DNA of 63,464 nt, the filler included, from Reclinomonas americana ATCC 50394 (taxonomy: Eukaryota): NCBI GenBank assembly GCA_048213135.1. It is 8 parts of 3 records of this genome, joined end to end, with 100 filler letters (N's around TTAATTAATTAA, not from the genome) between each part and the next. Parts side by side here need not be neighbours in the genome. Positions count along the whole stretch, not along the records: positions 31,679 to 52,229 come from PS015282.1; positions 52,330 to 58,962 come from PS015283.1; positions 59,063 to 63,464 come from PS015283.1; 5 more parts are not named here. One strand, 5' to 3'. Made by a program: the position numbers and the translations under genes. Shown one piece after another: positions 46,288 to 60,158 of the stretch (its first letter is position 1; every line of letters starts with the position of its first letter). Below the pieces are notes generated by a model. That model was not told the DNA's origin. It worked only from the letters and a program-made list of their open reading frames with translations, and did not search any database.

Positions 46288-49200
46288 ATGTCATTCACTC
46301 GGGAGCGCGTCGTAGTGTGCGACAATGGCACAGGAGTTGCGTTCCTCCTCACCCTCTCTCACCCTCTCATGTGCTGTGTGGGTGTCACACGTGCAAAGTT
46401 TGTCGGGTCATTGCCATCGGGCATGTCAACTCTCACACGCACTTGCTCACACACACGCTTTTGTTGCACTGTGCTGCGGCTGTGCACGCTGAGTTGCTCC
46501 GCACACGCGCGCATGTGTCTGTGTGTCTGCGTGTTTTGTGTTTGCGCAAAGAGCATGTCTGAACTCCCGCACGCGCGCTCACTCGCTCACTCTCTCTCTC
46601 TCTCTGTGTCTCTTTGCGTGTGTGTCTCGCATGCAGTTTGTCAAGTGCGGCTTTGCCGGTGAGTCTCCTTCATTCCTTCATGCAACTCACACTTGTAAAA
46701 AGTTCCGATGATGACCTTTTTTCCCGCTCCCTCTCTCCCTCTCTCTCTTGTTTTGCAGGCGACAACTTCCCGCGCTCAGTGTTCCCTGCCATGGTCAGTA
46801 ATGCATTCTCCTGTCTCTCTCCTTGAGAATGGTCGACTCATACATTGTTATTTTGCAGGTCGGTCGGCCAATTCTCAGATACGAGGAGGATGTGGCGGGC
46901 TCACAAATGAAGGTCGGCTGGCTTCTGGTGTTCTTGTTGCTTTGTGTTTGTCTGGAGATACTCATTGCGTATTTTACAGGACATTATGGTGGGCGATGAG
47001 GCTGCACAATACCGCCAGAGCTTGGAGGTGTCGTACCCCGTCGATCATGCCGTCATCAAGAACTGGTTTGTGCCATCACACGCACACATGTACATCTCCT
47101 CTGTCTCGAGAATTCAATGACACGCACTTCCCAACTCCTCTATTCGACACACGGCACTCTCTTTGTGTCTTGTCTGACTTTTCCCGCTCTCGCACGGTCT
47201 TTCGTTCCTTCTTTCCGTTCTAGCATCTGGGGCTCAGTCGCCTGTCGTTCTCTCGCGCGACATCAAGTGCTTGTTCTCTTTCCCGCCTATCTCTATCCCC
47301 GACCTCATCCTTTGCGCGCCATTGTCGTTCTTTCCTTTCTGCCATAGCATCAGTGCCTTGTGCGGCTGTCTCATACTTGAGAGTTCAACGTTAAGAGCTC
47401 TTTCTTCTCCCGCCGCCCTTTTCCTTTGCGCCCTTGTCGTGACATCAAGGGCTCCTCTTCTTGTGTGCCTTCTTTCTCTCTCTCTCTCTCTCTCTNNNNN
47501 NNNNNNNNNNNNNNNNNNNNNNNNNNNNNNNNNNNNNNNNNNNNNNNNNNNNNNNNNNNNNNNNNNNNNNNNNNNNNNNNNNNNNNNNNNNNNNNNNNNN
47601 NNNNNNNNNNNNNNNNNNNNNNNNNNNNNNNNNNNNNNNNNNNNNNNNNNNNNNNNNNNNNNNNNNNNNNNNNNNNNNNNNNNNNNNNNNNNNNNNNNNN
47701 NNNNNNNNNNNNNNNNNNNNNNNNNNNNNNNNNNNNNNNNNNNNNNNNNNNNNNNNNNNNNNNNNNNNNNNNNNNNNNNNNNNNNNNNNNNNNNNNNNNN
47801 NNNNNNNNNNNNNNNNNNNNNNNNNNNNNNNNNNNNNNNNNNNNNNNNNNNNNNNNNNNNNNNNNNNNNNNNNNNNNNNNNNNNNNNNNNNNNNNNNNNN
47901 NNNNNNNNNNNNNNNNNNNNNNNNNNNNNNNNNNNNNNNNNNNNNNNNNNNNNNNNNNNNNNNNNNNNNNNNNNNNNNNNNNNNNNNNNNNNNNNNNNNN
48001 NNNNNNNNNNNNNNNNNNNNNNNNNNNNNNNNNNNNNNNNNNNNNNNNNNNNNNNNNNNNNNNNNNNNNNNNNNNNNNNNNNNNNNNNNNNNNNNNNNNN
48101 NNNNNNNNNNNNNNNNNNNNNNNNNNNNNNNNNNNNNNNNNNNNNNNNNNNNNNNNNNNNNNNNNNNNNNNNNNNNNNNNNNNNNNNNNNNNNNNNNNNN
48201 NNNNNNNNNNNNNNNNNNNNNNNNNNNNNNNNNNNNNNNNNNNNNNNNNNNNNNNNNNNNNNNNNNNNNNNNNNNNNNNNNNNNNNNCGTCGCCTACCTC
48301 CCCTCTTTCCCCTTCCCCTTTCCTCTTTCCCCTTCCCCTTTCCTCTTTCCCCTTTCCCCCTTCCCCTTCCCCCCTTTCCCCTCCCCCCTTCCCCCTTTTC
48401 CCTTCCCCCTTCCCCTTTCCCCCTTTCCCCTCTCTCTGTGCATCCCGGAAAACATGATCGTGGGCCTTTGCGTGTTCGCATGTGCGAGGCTTGAGCTACA
48501 GCGTCGATCATATCTTCAGCCGGCAGATTAATAGTTTACTATCGGAATCAAAACATCGTGCCACTACTTGGCTGCCATGCCACCGCGTGACGCGACACCT
48601 GTCTCTTCCGGACATTTTTCTATTCTCTCCTCCCACTCTTCCATCTTTCTCTTTCTCCCTCCCACCCTCTGTGTGTCATCACTGACACTGTTTTGCATGT
48701 CATGTTGTTGTTGTGTTTGCGTTGTCGTGTTTTTTTGACACAGGGTCGACATGGAGCACCTGTGGAACTACACATTCAACGAGAAGCTGAAGATCAAGCC
48801 GCACGAGTGCCGCATTCTGCTGACGGAGCCGCCACTGAACCCACTGGCCAACCGCAAGAAAATGCTCACCACCATGTTCGACACGTACGGTTTCCAAGGC
48901 GTCAATGTGCAAATTCAGGCCGTGCTCACACTATACGCACAAGGTCTGTTTTCTCCCCCCTTCTCCACTCTTTTTTATTTCGCTCCCGCTCACTCTTTCC
49001 CTTTGTGCTGCCACCAGGCTTGGTGACGGGTGTGGTCGTCGACTCTGGCGATGGTGTGACACACATTGTGCCAGTGTACGAGGGCTACTCAATCCCCGCC
49101 GCCGTGCGCCGTATTGATTTGGCCGGCCGCGACATTACCGAGTACCTGATCAAGCTGCTGTCACTGCGCGGCTACTCGTTCAACCGCACCGCCGACTTTG

Positions 49201-49884
49201 ACACGGCACGGCAAATCAAGGAGAAGTTCTGCTACGTTGGCTGCGATCTGGAGCTGGAGAAGAAGCTGGCGCTGGAGACCACGGTGCTGGACGAGCAGTT
49301 TACGGTGCGCCACTCCCCTTTCCCCTTTCACGTGTTCTCTCCCACTTACATTCTCTTTGTCGCGCAGCTGCCCGACGGCCAGGTGATCACAGTGGGTGCC
49401 GAGCGCTTCGAGGCTGCCGAGGCACTCTTCCAACCGCGTGTGGTCGACAAGGAGGGCAACGGCATGTCCGACATGGTGTTCGAGGTCATCAACGCCTGCG
49501 ACATCAACCTGCGTGCCAAGTTCTACCGCCACATTGTGCTCTCTGGCGGCACCACCATGTTCCCGGGTCTGCCGTCACGTCTGGAAAAGGACATTACGGA
49601 TCTGTACTTGAGGCATGTGTTGGATGGCAGACGCGACAGACTGCAGGCGGCGGTGCGTACCATGACACAAGATTATCTCTTTGCGTGTTCTGCTTGTCGC
49701 TCACCGCTCTCTCTCCTTGCAGAACTTCAAGATCCGCGTGGAGGACCCACCTCGACGAAAGCACATGGTGTTCCTCGGCGGCGCCGTGCTGGCCGACATT
49801 ATGAAGGAGCGCGACGAGTTCTGGATCTCGAAGCGCATGTACGAGGAGCAGGGTGTCGATCGCTTGATCCAGCCAGTCCAGTAA
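46288..49884 (+). CDS. ARP2: Actin-related protein 2 (8 introns)
   Basis: [89 protein letters not shown]. Confidence 0.97.
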
Positions 49885-50771
49885 TGGCACAGCAATCTCT
49901 CTCTCTCCCCCACTCTCCATTTTTCCTCGCTCGACTGTTTCCTGTGGCCCTTCGCTCTGTTTTCTGTGTCATCGCCAACCCCCCCACGCATATTCATTGT
50001 ACGTACCCGTGCGCAAAAAGAAAAAAACAAATTTCCGAACGACGATTTCGATTTTTTCTCACTCACGAGAGGAGAAGGGAGAGAGAGAGAGANNNNNNNN
50101 NNNNNNNNNNNNNNNNNNNNNNNNNNNNNNNNNNNNNNNNNNNNNNNNNNNNNNNNNNNNNNNNNNNNNNNNNNNNNNNNNNNNNNNNNNNNNNNNNNNN
50201 NNNNNNNNNNNNNNNNNNNNNNNNNNNNNNNNNNNNNNNNNNNNNNNNNNNNNNNNNNNNNNNNNNNNNNNNNNNNNNNNNNNNNNNNNNNNNNNNNNNN
50301 NNNNNNNNNNNNNNNNNNNNNNNNNNNNNNNNNNNNNNNNNNNNNNNNNNNNNNNNNNNNNNNNNNNNNNNNNNNNNNNNNNNNNNNNNNNNNNNNNNNN
50401 NNNNNNNNNNNNNNNNNNNNNNNNNNNNNNNNNNNNNNNNNNNNNNNNNNNNNNNNNNNNNNNNNNNNNNNNNNNNNNNNNNNNNNNNNNNNNNNNNNNN
50501 NNNNNNNNNNNNNNNNNNNNNNNNNNNNNNNNNNNNNNNNNNNNNNNNNNNNNNNNNNNNNNNNNNNNTCTCTCTCTCTCCCTTCTCCTCTCGCGAGTGA
50601 GAAAAAATCGAAATCGTCGTTCGGAAATTTGTTTTTCTTTTGCGCACGGGTACGTACAATGAATGCATGCGTGGGGGGGTTGGCGATGACACAGAAAACA
50701 GAGCGAAGGGCCACAGGAAACAGTCGAGCGAGGAAAAATGGAGAGTGGGGGAGAGAGAGATTGCTGTGCCA

Positions 50772-51911
50772 TTACTGGACTGGCTGGATCAAGCGATCGA
50801 CACCCTGCTCCTCGTACATGCGCTTCGAGATCCAGAACTCGTCGCGCTCCTTCATAATGTCGGCCAGCACGGCGCCGCCAAGGAACACCATGTGCTTTCG
50901 TCGAGGTGGGTCCTCCACGCGGATCTTGAAGTTCTGCAAGGAGAGAGAGAGCGGTGAGCGACAAGCAAAACACACAAGAGATAATCTTTTGTCATGGTAC
51001 GCACCGCCGCCTGCAGTCTGTCGCGTCTGCCATCCAACACATGCCTCAAGTACAGATCCGTAATGTCCTTCTCCAGACGTGACGGCAGACCCGGGAACAT
51101 AGTGGTGCCGCCAGAGAGCACAATGTGGCGGTAGAACTTGGCACGCAGGTTGATGTCGCAGGCGTTGATGACCTCGAACACCATGTCGGACATGCCGTTG
51201 CCCTCCTTGTCGACCACACGCGGTTGGAAGAGTGCCTCGGCAGCCTCAAAGCGCTCGGCACCCACTGTGATCACCTGGCCGTCGGGCAGCTGCGCGACAA
51301 ACGAGAATGTAAGCGGAAGAGAACAGGAGAGGGAAAAGGGGAGTGGCGCACCGTAAACTGCTCGTCCAGCACCGTGGTCTCCAGCGCCAGCTTCTTCTCC
51401 AGCTCCAGATCGCAGCCAACGTAGCAGAACTTCTCCTTGATTTGCCGTGCCGTGTCAAAGTCGGCGGTGCGGTTGAACGAGTAGCCGCGCAGTGACAGCA
51501 GCTTGATCAAGTACTCGGTAATGTCGCGGCCGGCCAAATCAATACGGCGCACGGCAGCGGGGATTGAGTAGCCCTCGTACACTGGCACAATGTGTGTCAC
51601 ACCATCGCCAGAGTCGACGACCACACCCGTCACCAAGCCTGGTGGCAGCACAAAGGGAAAAAGTGAGCGGGAGCGAAATAAAAGAGTGGAGAAGGGGGGA
51701 GAAAACAGACCTTGTGCGTATAGTGTGAGCACGGCCTGAATTTGCACATTGACGCCTTGGAAACCGTACGTGTCGAACATGGTGGTGAGCATTTTCTTGC
51801 GGTTGGCCAGTGGGTTCAGTGGCGGCTCCGTCAGCAGAATGCGGCACTCGTGCGGCTTGATCTTCAGCTTCTCGTTGAATGTGTAGTTCCACAGGTGCTC
51901 CATGTCGACCC
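50772..51911 (-). CDS. ARP2: Second, inverted partial copy of ARP2 (last four exons)
   Basis: 50569-52229 is the reverse complement of ~48430-50092; the coding differences I checked are synonymous. Confidence 0.85.
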
Positions 51912-52489
51912 TGTGTCAAAAAAACACGACATCGCAAACACCACAACAACATGACACGCACAACAGCGTCAGCTATGCACAAAGGGTGGGAGGGAGGGAG
52001 GATGATAGATGGATAGATGGAAGAGTGGGAGGAGAGAATAGAAAAATGTCCGGAAGAGACAGGTGTCGCGTCACGCGGTGGCATGGCAGCCAAGTAGTGG
52101 CACGATGTTTTGATTCCGATAGTAAACTATTAATCTGCCGGCTGAAGATATGATCGACGCTGTAGCTCAAGCCTCGCACATGCGAACACGCAAAGGCCCA
52201 CGATCATGTTTTCCGGGATGCACAGAGAGNNNNNNNNNNNNNNNNNNNNNNNNNNNNNNNNNNNNNNNNNNNNTTAATTAATTAANNNNNNNNNNNNNNN
52301 NNNNNNNNNNNNNNNNNNNNNNNNNNNNNGCAGCACAACTATTCTTTGCCTCTCTCTCACACATGCACCTGCAGGCTTCCGAGTCATCACTGAAAAACCT
52401 GCTGGCAGGGTCCAGTTGCGACTTGTCACCCTCTCTCTCCCTTCTCCCCCCCACCACACACACTCTCTCACACTCACACACACACAGGC

Positions 52490-55400
52490 ATGCGCGGCAA
52501 GTCGACCTCGACCTCCTCCACCTCCGCATCCACAGGTGCCAACAAGAGCGGCGACTGGGACGAGGCCGCTCTTCGCGCCATGTTGCCAATGGGATTCGGC
52601 AGCAGTGCATCGCGTGGTCGCGTTCCCTCTCCCACCAAGAAGAAGAACAAGAACAAGAAGAACAAGAAGCAGAGGAGAGATGCAGTGCGTGCGCATGTCT
52701 CTCTCTCTCTCTCATTGCATGCATGCATTGATGTTGGTGTTTGTTGTTGCGTAGAGTGATGAGGAGGAGGATGAGGATGAAGAGGAGGAGGTGGTAGTGC
52801 GAGGCCGAGGCAATGGGAGGGGCGGTGACGACGACGAGGACGAGGAGGAGAGTGGCTTGCGGGATGTGTCGCGCCATGCTGCCAATGTGCGCAAGTCGGC
52901 GATGGTTACCACGGTGCAGCCGGGCAAGGTTCGCGCGCGCGTGTGTGTTGTTCTCGATGGCGTGCTGCTCACGAGGCTGGACAGCAGAGTGCGCAGGCGC
53001 GGCGTCGCGAGGCCAAGGCGGAAGAGGAGGATGAGGACGATATGGTCGGGCCTCCGCGACCGCCCAGCAAGGTAACGAGGCTGTCTCATTGTTGCTGTCG
53101 TCGTCGCGCGCTGAATGCTGTTGAGTGGCAGGTGGAGAGCGCTGCTGCGGCTGAGCGAGCGGCGCTGGCGGCCATGGGAGTCGAGTTGAGCGACGATGAC
53201 GACGACGATGACGATGAGGAGGGTGGTGAAGCGCCGGCGCCCGAGGCAGTGGCGGTCAGCTCCGGTCCTTACTATGCCAGCAGCAATACGGCAATGTCGG
53301 CTGCGATGGCCGCCATGGGCGTGGAGTTGAGCGATGATGAGGACGACGACGATGATGACAGCGATGCAGCGATGGGACCGCCAAAGCCGCGCCCCGATGA
53401 CGGTGCTGGCAGGCGAGCACCGGGACCCGAGCGTGTGACGGTAATTCAATGTGAAGGAGAAGAGAGGGAGAGATAGCGATTGGACGTGCGTTTCTCACTC
53501 TGGCACGCAGGATGCGGAGAACCCGTACGCTCTGCCCATCACTCACGAGATTGAACTGCGTGGACACACCAGGGTGCGTCTGCTCCATATCCGCCAGCTA
53601 CTCGACCACGTCACCGCATCTCACAGACTGCACGTTGTCGCAGGGCATCACTGCGCTGTCGCTGGAGCCGAGTGGATCGCGTGTGGTGACCGGCTCCACC
53701 GACTGCAATCTCAATTTCTACGATTTCAATGGCCTGAACGCGGAACACACACCGTTCCGCTCCCTCGACGAGCCGTGTGGATCGTATTCGGTGCGCTTCC
53801 GCACTTGTTGACCACCTCTCCTCTCCTCTTCTCCTTACCTGTCTTTGATTTTGTGCAGTTCAATCAAATCGAGTTCAGCCACCACGGTGACATGTTTATC
53901 GCGGCTCCGGACTTTAATCGGCCGCGCCTGTTTGATCGCGATGGTCATCAGCTGTGCGTAATCAATCGTGTTTTTGCGTTGGTGCGATGCACGTGGCTCA
54001 CAATGTCTCATTGCAGCGCTGAGTTCATCAAGGGCGACATGTACATCACGGACATGAACCTGACGAAGTTGCGCCCCTTCTTCCCTTCTCATGCCTCCTG
54101 TTTTTCTCTTTGCCTGACACTGCCGTGCACAGTGGCCATGTGGCGCTGGTCACTGGAACGGCGTGGCATCCGCTGGATCGCTCGATCGTGCTGACCTCTT
54201 CCATTGATGGCACTGTTCGGTAAGTTGCCTTGCAACACGCAGATCATGTACCCTTCCTTCTGTCTCACCCTGCCCAGCATCTGGGACATCAACACGGTGA
54301 CCGAGAAGCAGCTGCATGTGATCAAGTACAAGGATGCACAGAACAAGCGCGCAGCAGTCACGTCGATTGACATTGACGCGGACGGAACCACGATTCTCAC
54401 CGGCTGCAACGATGGTTCCATTCAGCTGTACGCCCTGAAGGCGCCGTACAACCGACCAACAGCAGTGCGTCTGACTGTTCGTGGACAGGGCGTAGCGGTT
54501 GCTGACGTGATGCTCGTCACGCAGATGGCCCGCGGACATCACCGAGCCGGTCACGAAGTGAGCTGCGTCAAATTCTCCAAGGACGGCCGCACCATTATCT
54601 CGCGCGGCACCGATGACTCACTGCGAGGTTGGTTCTGCAATTTTTCCCGAGTCGTTGATAAGCCGCACGTCTGCTGACTCCTTGTGCAGTGTGGGACGCC
54701 AGACAGTTGCGCAAGCCGACCAACGAGTTCGAGGATTTGCCGAATCGCTTCTCGTACATGGACTGCGTCTTCAGCCCCGACTCCAAGTTCATTCTCACTG
54801 GTGCGCGCACGTGGACCATGGACTCATCTCGTTGTGTGAACTGACTGAGAGACACAGGCACCACGTCGGAGCGTGACCAACCGAATGGCCAGCTGTGCTT
54901 TGTTCTCACCAGCACCATGGAGATTGTCGCCAAGATTGGTATGTGCGTTTGCTTCTCGATGATCTCTGCTGCATCTCTCACACGCATACTCCATCTGCAG
55001 CCGTGCCCGACGCGTCTGTGCAGCGCATCCGCTGGCACCCCGTCCTCAATCAGGTAATCGCCCTCCCGTTACCTCTCCTCCATTCTATTGCTGACCGCGA
55101 AACATGCACGCGCAGCTGATTGTCGGCTGCTCCGATTGCAAGACACACGTCTTCTACGACCCGCAGTTTAGCACCAAGGGCGCCCTGCTGTCGATCAAGT
55201 CGCGCAAGCGCCGTGCCGATCCGTCCGACCTGCAGCTCACTCCGTTGCGTCACGCAATCTCGGTCAAGCATGGTAATATCGTCATTGCTCACTGCGATGC
55301 GTTCACAGGCACATTATCACACCGCACGCCCTGCCGATGTTCAAGACTGGGCCGTCGAAGAAGCGCCAGATGCTCAAGGATCGCCAGGATCCCATCAAGT

Positions 55401-55829
55401 CGCACAAGCCGGAGGCTCCCGTCTTTGTTGCGTTCCCTACTGACATTCTTGCCACTCATCCTCTGTCTGACTCCTCTTTCTCCGTGCGCAGGGCAACAAG
55501 GGTGCCGGTGGTCGTCTGGTGTCGTCGACCCTCACACAACATCTCGTCAAGATGGGTGGCGTTGTCAAGAACACCATGGGCGAGGAGGATCCGCGCGAGG
55601 CGTTGCTCAAGTACGCCGACAAGGCCAAGAGTTGCGCCGCCTGTCGCTCCTTCCCGTCCCTTGTGATGCTCACTGTTTTTCGCACATCGCAGGTCAACCA
55701 ATGTTCATGGGCGACATGTGGAAAGGCGAAAAGTACGACTACGATCGGCTGGCGTACGAACAGAAGCAAGAGGAGGAGCGTCAAGCCAAACTCGACAAGG
55801 CCGCCAAGGCCGCTCGAGAGCGCAAGTAA
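52490..55829 (+). CDS. WDR70: WD repeat protein 70 (5' end uncertain)
   Basis: AMLPMGFG, LPITHEIELRGHTR, EFIKGDMYITDMNLT, IITPHALPMFK, DPIKSHKPEAP, EEDPREALLKYA. Confidence 0.92.
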
Positions 55830-55886
55830 ATGGAGGGACTGATTCGCGCAACTACACGTACCAACTTAAATTCACGTACGAGGATC

Positions 55887-57081
55887 TCACAAGATCGTGC
55901 ACTTGCAGTTTTCGCCGCTGCTACCACCACCAGCACCAGCACCGCTGGGAGCCGCCGGCCGCTCTGGCTGCGGAATGGGTGGTATGCCCTCACGTACTCC
56001 AATGTGTGCCATGACACCGTAGAGAATGGGTTCGTTGACGCGCAGACCGGACAGTGCCGAGCATTCCACATAGGTGATCTGTTGCGCGTGGTGGTCAGAG
56101 ACAAACACGACTGGAGTCGGGTCACGAGCCACGCACCGCGCCAATATCTCGTGCCGTCTTATGTGCCGCCGCCGCAGTCACCAGCGAACGCGCCGACGAG
56201 TTGACGGACGGCACTCGCATATCAGCCTGCGTGTCACACCAGAGTCAGAACAGGCAAAAGAAACACGACAAACACGACCACCCGACAGACACTAGTCTGC
56301 ACGACACTGATGAACACAAAGTCGTCCGCTTCACCTTGGTGCCAACCAGCACAATCGTTGCGTTCCCCGGGCAGCTAGCGCGCACTTCAGGCATCCACTG
56401 CACCCACCGATGAATATCAAGCAAAAGGTCACGATCCGCGCGCGCACGCCCACGACAACTTACCAAGTGTTCGACGTTCTCCAGCGATCTCTCGCTGTCC
56501 ACGGAGAAGCACACCAGTACCACATTGGCCGTACGTAACGCGATCAGCCTGCGCCACCCATCGCGCACGCATCAGACAACAAAAACGGCGATGGAGTGAG
56601 ATGCGGACAGAACACTGACCGCAATTGATCGAGGTTCTCTTGCCCTGCGTGCATCGTGTGTGTCAGTCGGGAGGGCGAGAGACAGGGAGAAGGAGAGAAA
56701 GCTCGCACCTGCAGTGTCCCACAACACGAGGCTGATGCTGCGGTCGCCGACGTGCACAGCCGACTCGTAATGACTGCACAACACAATGAGAGAGCGCGTT
56801 GTGATGAGAGTCAGAGTGCGCACGCAACTCGACAGTCGTCGGCACTGTATCTACAGGAAAGTGGCCACTGGAGGCGCGCACCAGCAAGCACGTCTTGCCT
56901 GCACACATGTACAGTGTTGAGTGGAGTGCGTAACAGAACACTGTCGGAGAGAGAGGGCGCACTTACCGACTGCGCCATCGCCCACAACCACCACTGTGTA
57001 AGGGCATAGAGTGTGAGCGACACGTGCAAGACAGACAAGCACACGCACACACAGACCGTTGAGTGTTCCCACGTGCGCCAT
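55887..57081 (-). CDS. Rho/Rac-family small GTPase, divergent (8 introns)
   Basis: VVVGDGAVGKT, LWDTAGQE, LVCFSV, LVGTKADMR, YVECSAL, CAAX box CTIL. Confidence 0.92.
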
Positions 57082-57167
57082 GCTCTCTCGCAGTGTGAAG
57101 AAAGTCCGACGAGCTAGAATGAAATTTGCTGGCGTTCTGGCACACCACAAACTTTGCGACAACAAGC

Positions 57168-58005
57168 ATGAGTGACACCGACAGCGAGCCGATCCGCCTC
57201 CTCTTCGTCGCCTTTGACAAGAACGGCGACAAGAAGCTGGATGCAGCCGAAGTCGTCACGTGAGTCTCACTCTCTCTCTTTCTTTCCGTCACTCTCTCAC
57301 ACTGGCTTGCATCACTGCCTCGTTGCAGCTTCTTCCAGAGCCTGGGCGCCAAGATCGAGGATGGACCCGAGTTTCGCGCCGCCTTTGATGCCATCGACAC
57401 GGACAAGAACGGCTCACTGAGGTCACTCACCACCACCTTATCTCTCTTCTTCTCCCTGGCCTCACTCTGACGCGTTTGCAGTTTCGAGGAGTTCATGGCC
57501 GTGGCATCGACGCTGTTCAACCCGGAAGACCTGCAGAATGTGGCCAAAGTGCGCACGGTGTTTGAGCGGTTTGACTTGGACCACGACGAGTGCATTTCGA
57601 GAAGCGAGGTGACTCGCATGTTTGAAGTTGCGTGCTGCATGCAAGGTCGTAGTGGGAGGGGAGTGCGACGGAGAGTGCTGATTGGTGAGGCAGGAGCTGG
57701 AGGGTCGTGCCATGACGGAGGAGGAACTGGAGGGATTCATGAGACAGGCCAAGGACAGCTCGCAGAAGCCTGCTGACGAGGCGGCTCCGGCCAGCACTGG
57801 TGACAGTGGCGATGCGGGAAGTGCCAGTAGTGCATCGGTTGATGTGGTGACGTGGGCCGGTGCGTGCGCTGCTGCTGCGGCTTGTGTGATTTTATTCCGA
57901 CAAATGATGATGTGTGTGTTGTGTTTCGCAGAGTTTTTGCAGACGGCACGCAAGACGTTTGATCAGTTCGAGACGTACCACCGCGCCAAAGGCGTTCTCG
58001 AATGA
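57168..58005 (+). CDS. Calmodulin-like EF-hand protein
   Basis: FDKNGDKKLDAAEV, IDTDKNGSLSFEEF, FDLDHDECISRSEV; the fourth hand is interrupted by an Ala/Ser/Gly/Asp insert. Confidence 0.88.
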
Positions 58006-58140
58006 TAAAGTGCCACACACACACGCACTCACAACTTTTGCTGCCACTGCTTCTGCACGCATGTACGTTACCCCATCACAAGTAAACAAACAAGTCCTTA
58101 ACAGCAATTTATTCCGCTGCACACATCCATATTACATTGA

Positions 58141-58960
<820 letters not shown>

Positions 58961-59062
58961 TTNNNNNNNNNNNNNNNNNNNNNNNNNNNNNNNNNNNNNN
59001 NNNNNNTTAATTAATTAANNNNNNNNNNNNNNNNNNNNNNNNNNNNNNNNNNNNNNNNNNNN

Positions 59063-60080
59063 GATGATGGTACTGCGGGCGCTCGCAGATGGCGCGAATG
59101 GTGAAGAGGCACAGGGCACGGATCTCCAAACGTGGTTCGACGAACGCGACGTGAATGATGGCCTCGGTTTTGTTGTGCGACACCAGTTTGTCAAGCAAGT
59201 GCTCTGCGACAGCACGCGCGCGGTCAGTTGCCACGAAGGACGAAGTGTGTGGGGGAAGGACGCACCGTCACAGCAGGCCAACGATGCAATGTACATCGAC
59301 AGGTGACGGATGGCGCGGTTGGACGAGCGCAGCATGTCCTCCCAGAGTGAGAACATTTCACCGCGCAGCACCTGGCGCAACACGTCGACTGTGCGGCGGA
59401 GGGAGGGTGAGCTAGCGCACCCACAACATACACCGATCCAGGAGAATACTCACGTTGGGTGCACAGGTGCGACAATGCCGAGCAGGCGTATGCGCGACAA
59501 GCGCCCTCTTCATGCAAGGCGGCGTACATTAGCACCTGCAGCGCACCCGCCTCCACCAACATCCCCTGCACTTGTTCTGTGCGGTGCAGTTCAGCACCAG
59601 TGCACCATGCAACAGACGCATCACCGTCGCGCACCATTCTCACTGAGACTGGCCACTCGCTGGAGCGCCTGTTCACGCTCCTCCAACGACTCGGACGACG
59701 ACAGCGACACGATCCGTCGCAACACTTGAATGCGATCGAGACCATCTGACTCGTCGCGACCACGCTCAACTCTCGCAGACGCACCTCGATCGCGAACTGA
59801 CCACCACCACCACACATACACCAAAGTACGCACATGTTTTAGGATAATCCTCATTCGTGGTGACGACTGAATCACACTCACACGAACCTGCGCCATGGGT
59901 GTGCGATCGGCCAGCCGACATGACGGTGGAGACAGCGTACACACTCGCACTCTCTTCCAGTGTTGTACGTGCGTTGGATGGCGCAACGAGAGAAGAGCGA
60001 ATAGTGCGTACGTCCGGTGGGCCCGCGCGAGCGTTTCTGGTTTGGTGTGTACGGAAACCGACTGACTCATCACTTTCCAT
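59063..60080 (-). CDS. Armadillo-repeat-like protein, 3' truncated at a linker
   Basis: EREQALQRVASLSENEQVQGMLVEAGALQVLM..RAYACSALSHL; in-frame GT-AG joins. Confidence 0.6.
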
Positions 60081-60158
60081 CTCCTCCACACACAGCGCGC
60101 GCGCGTGAGTAATCCGACACGATTTGGTGTGCGTGTGTGTGTGTGTGCGGTGCAGCGA

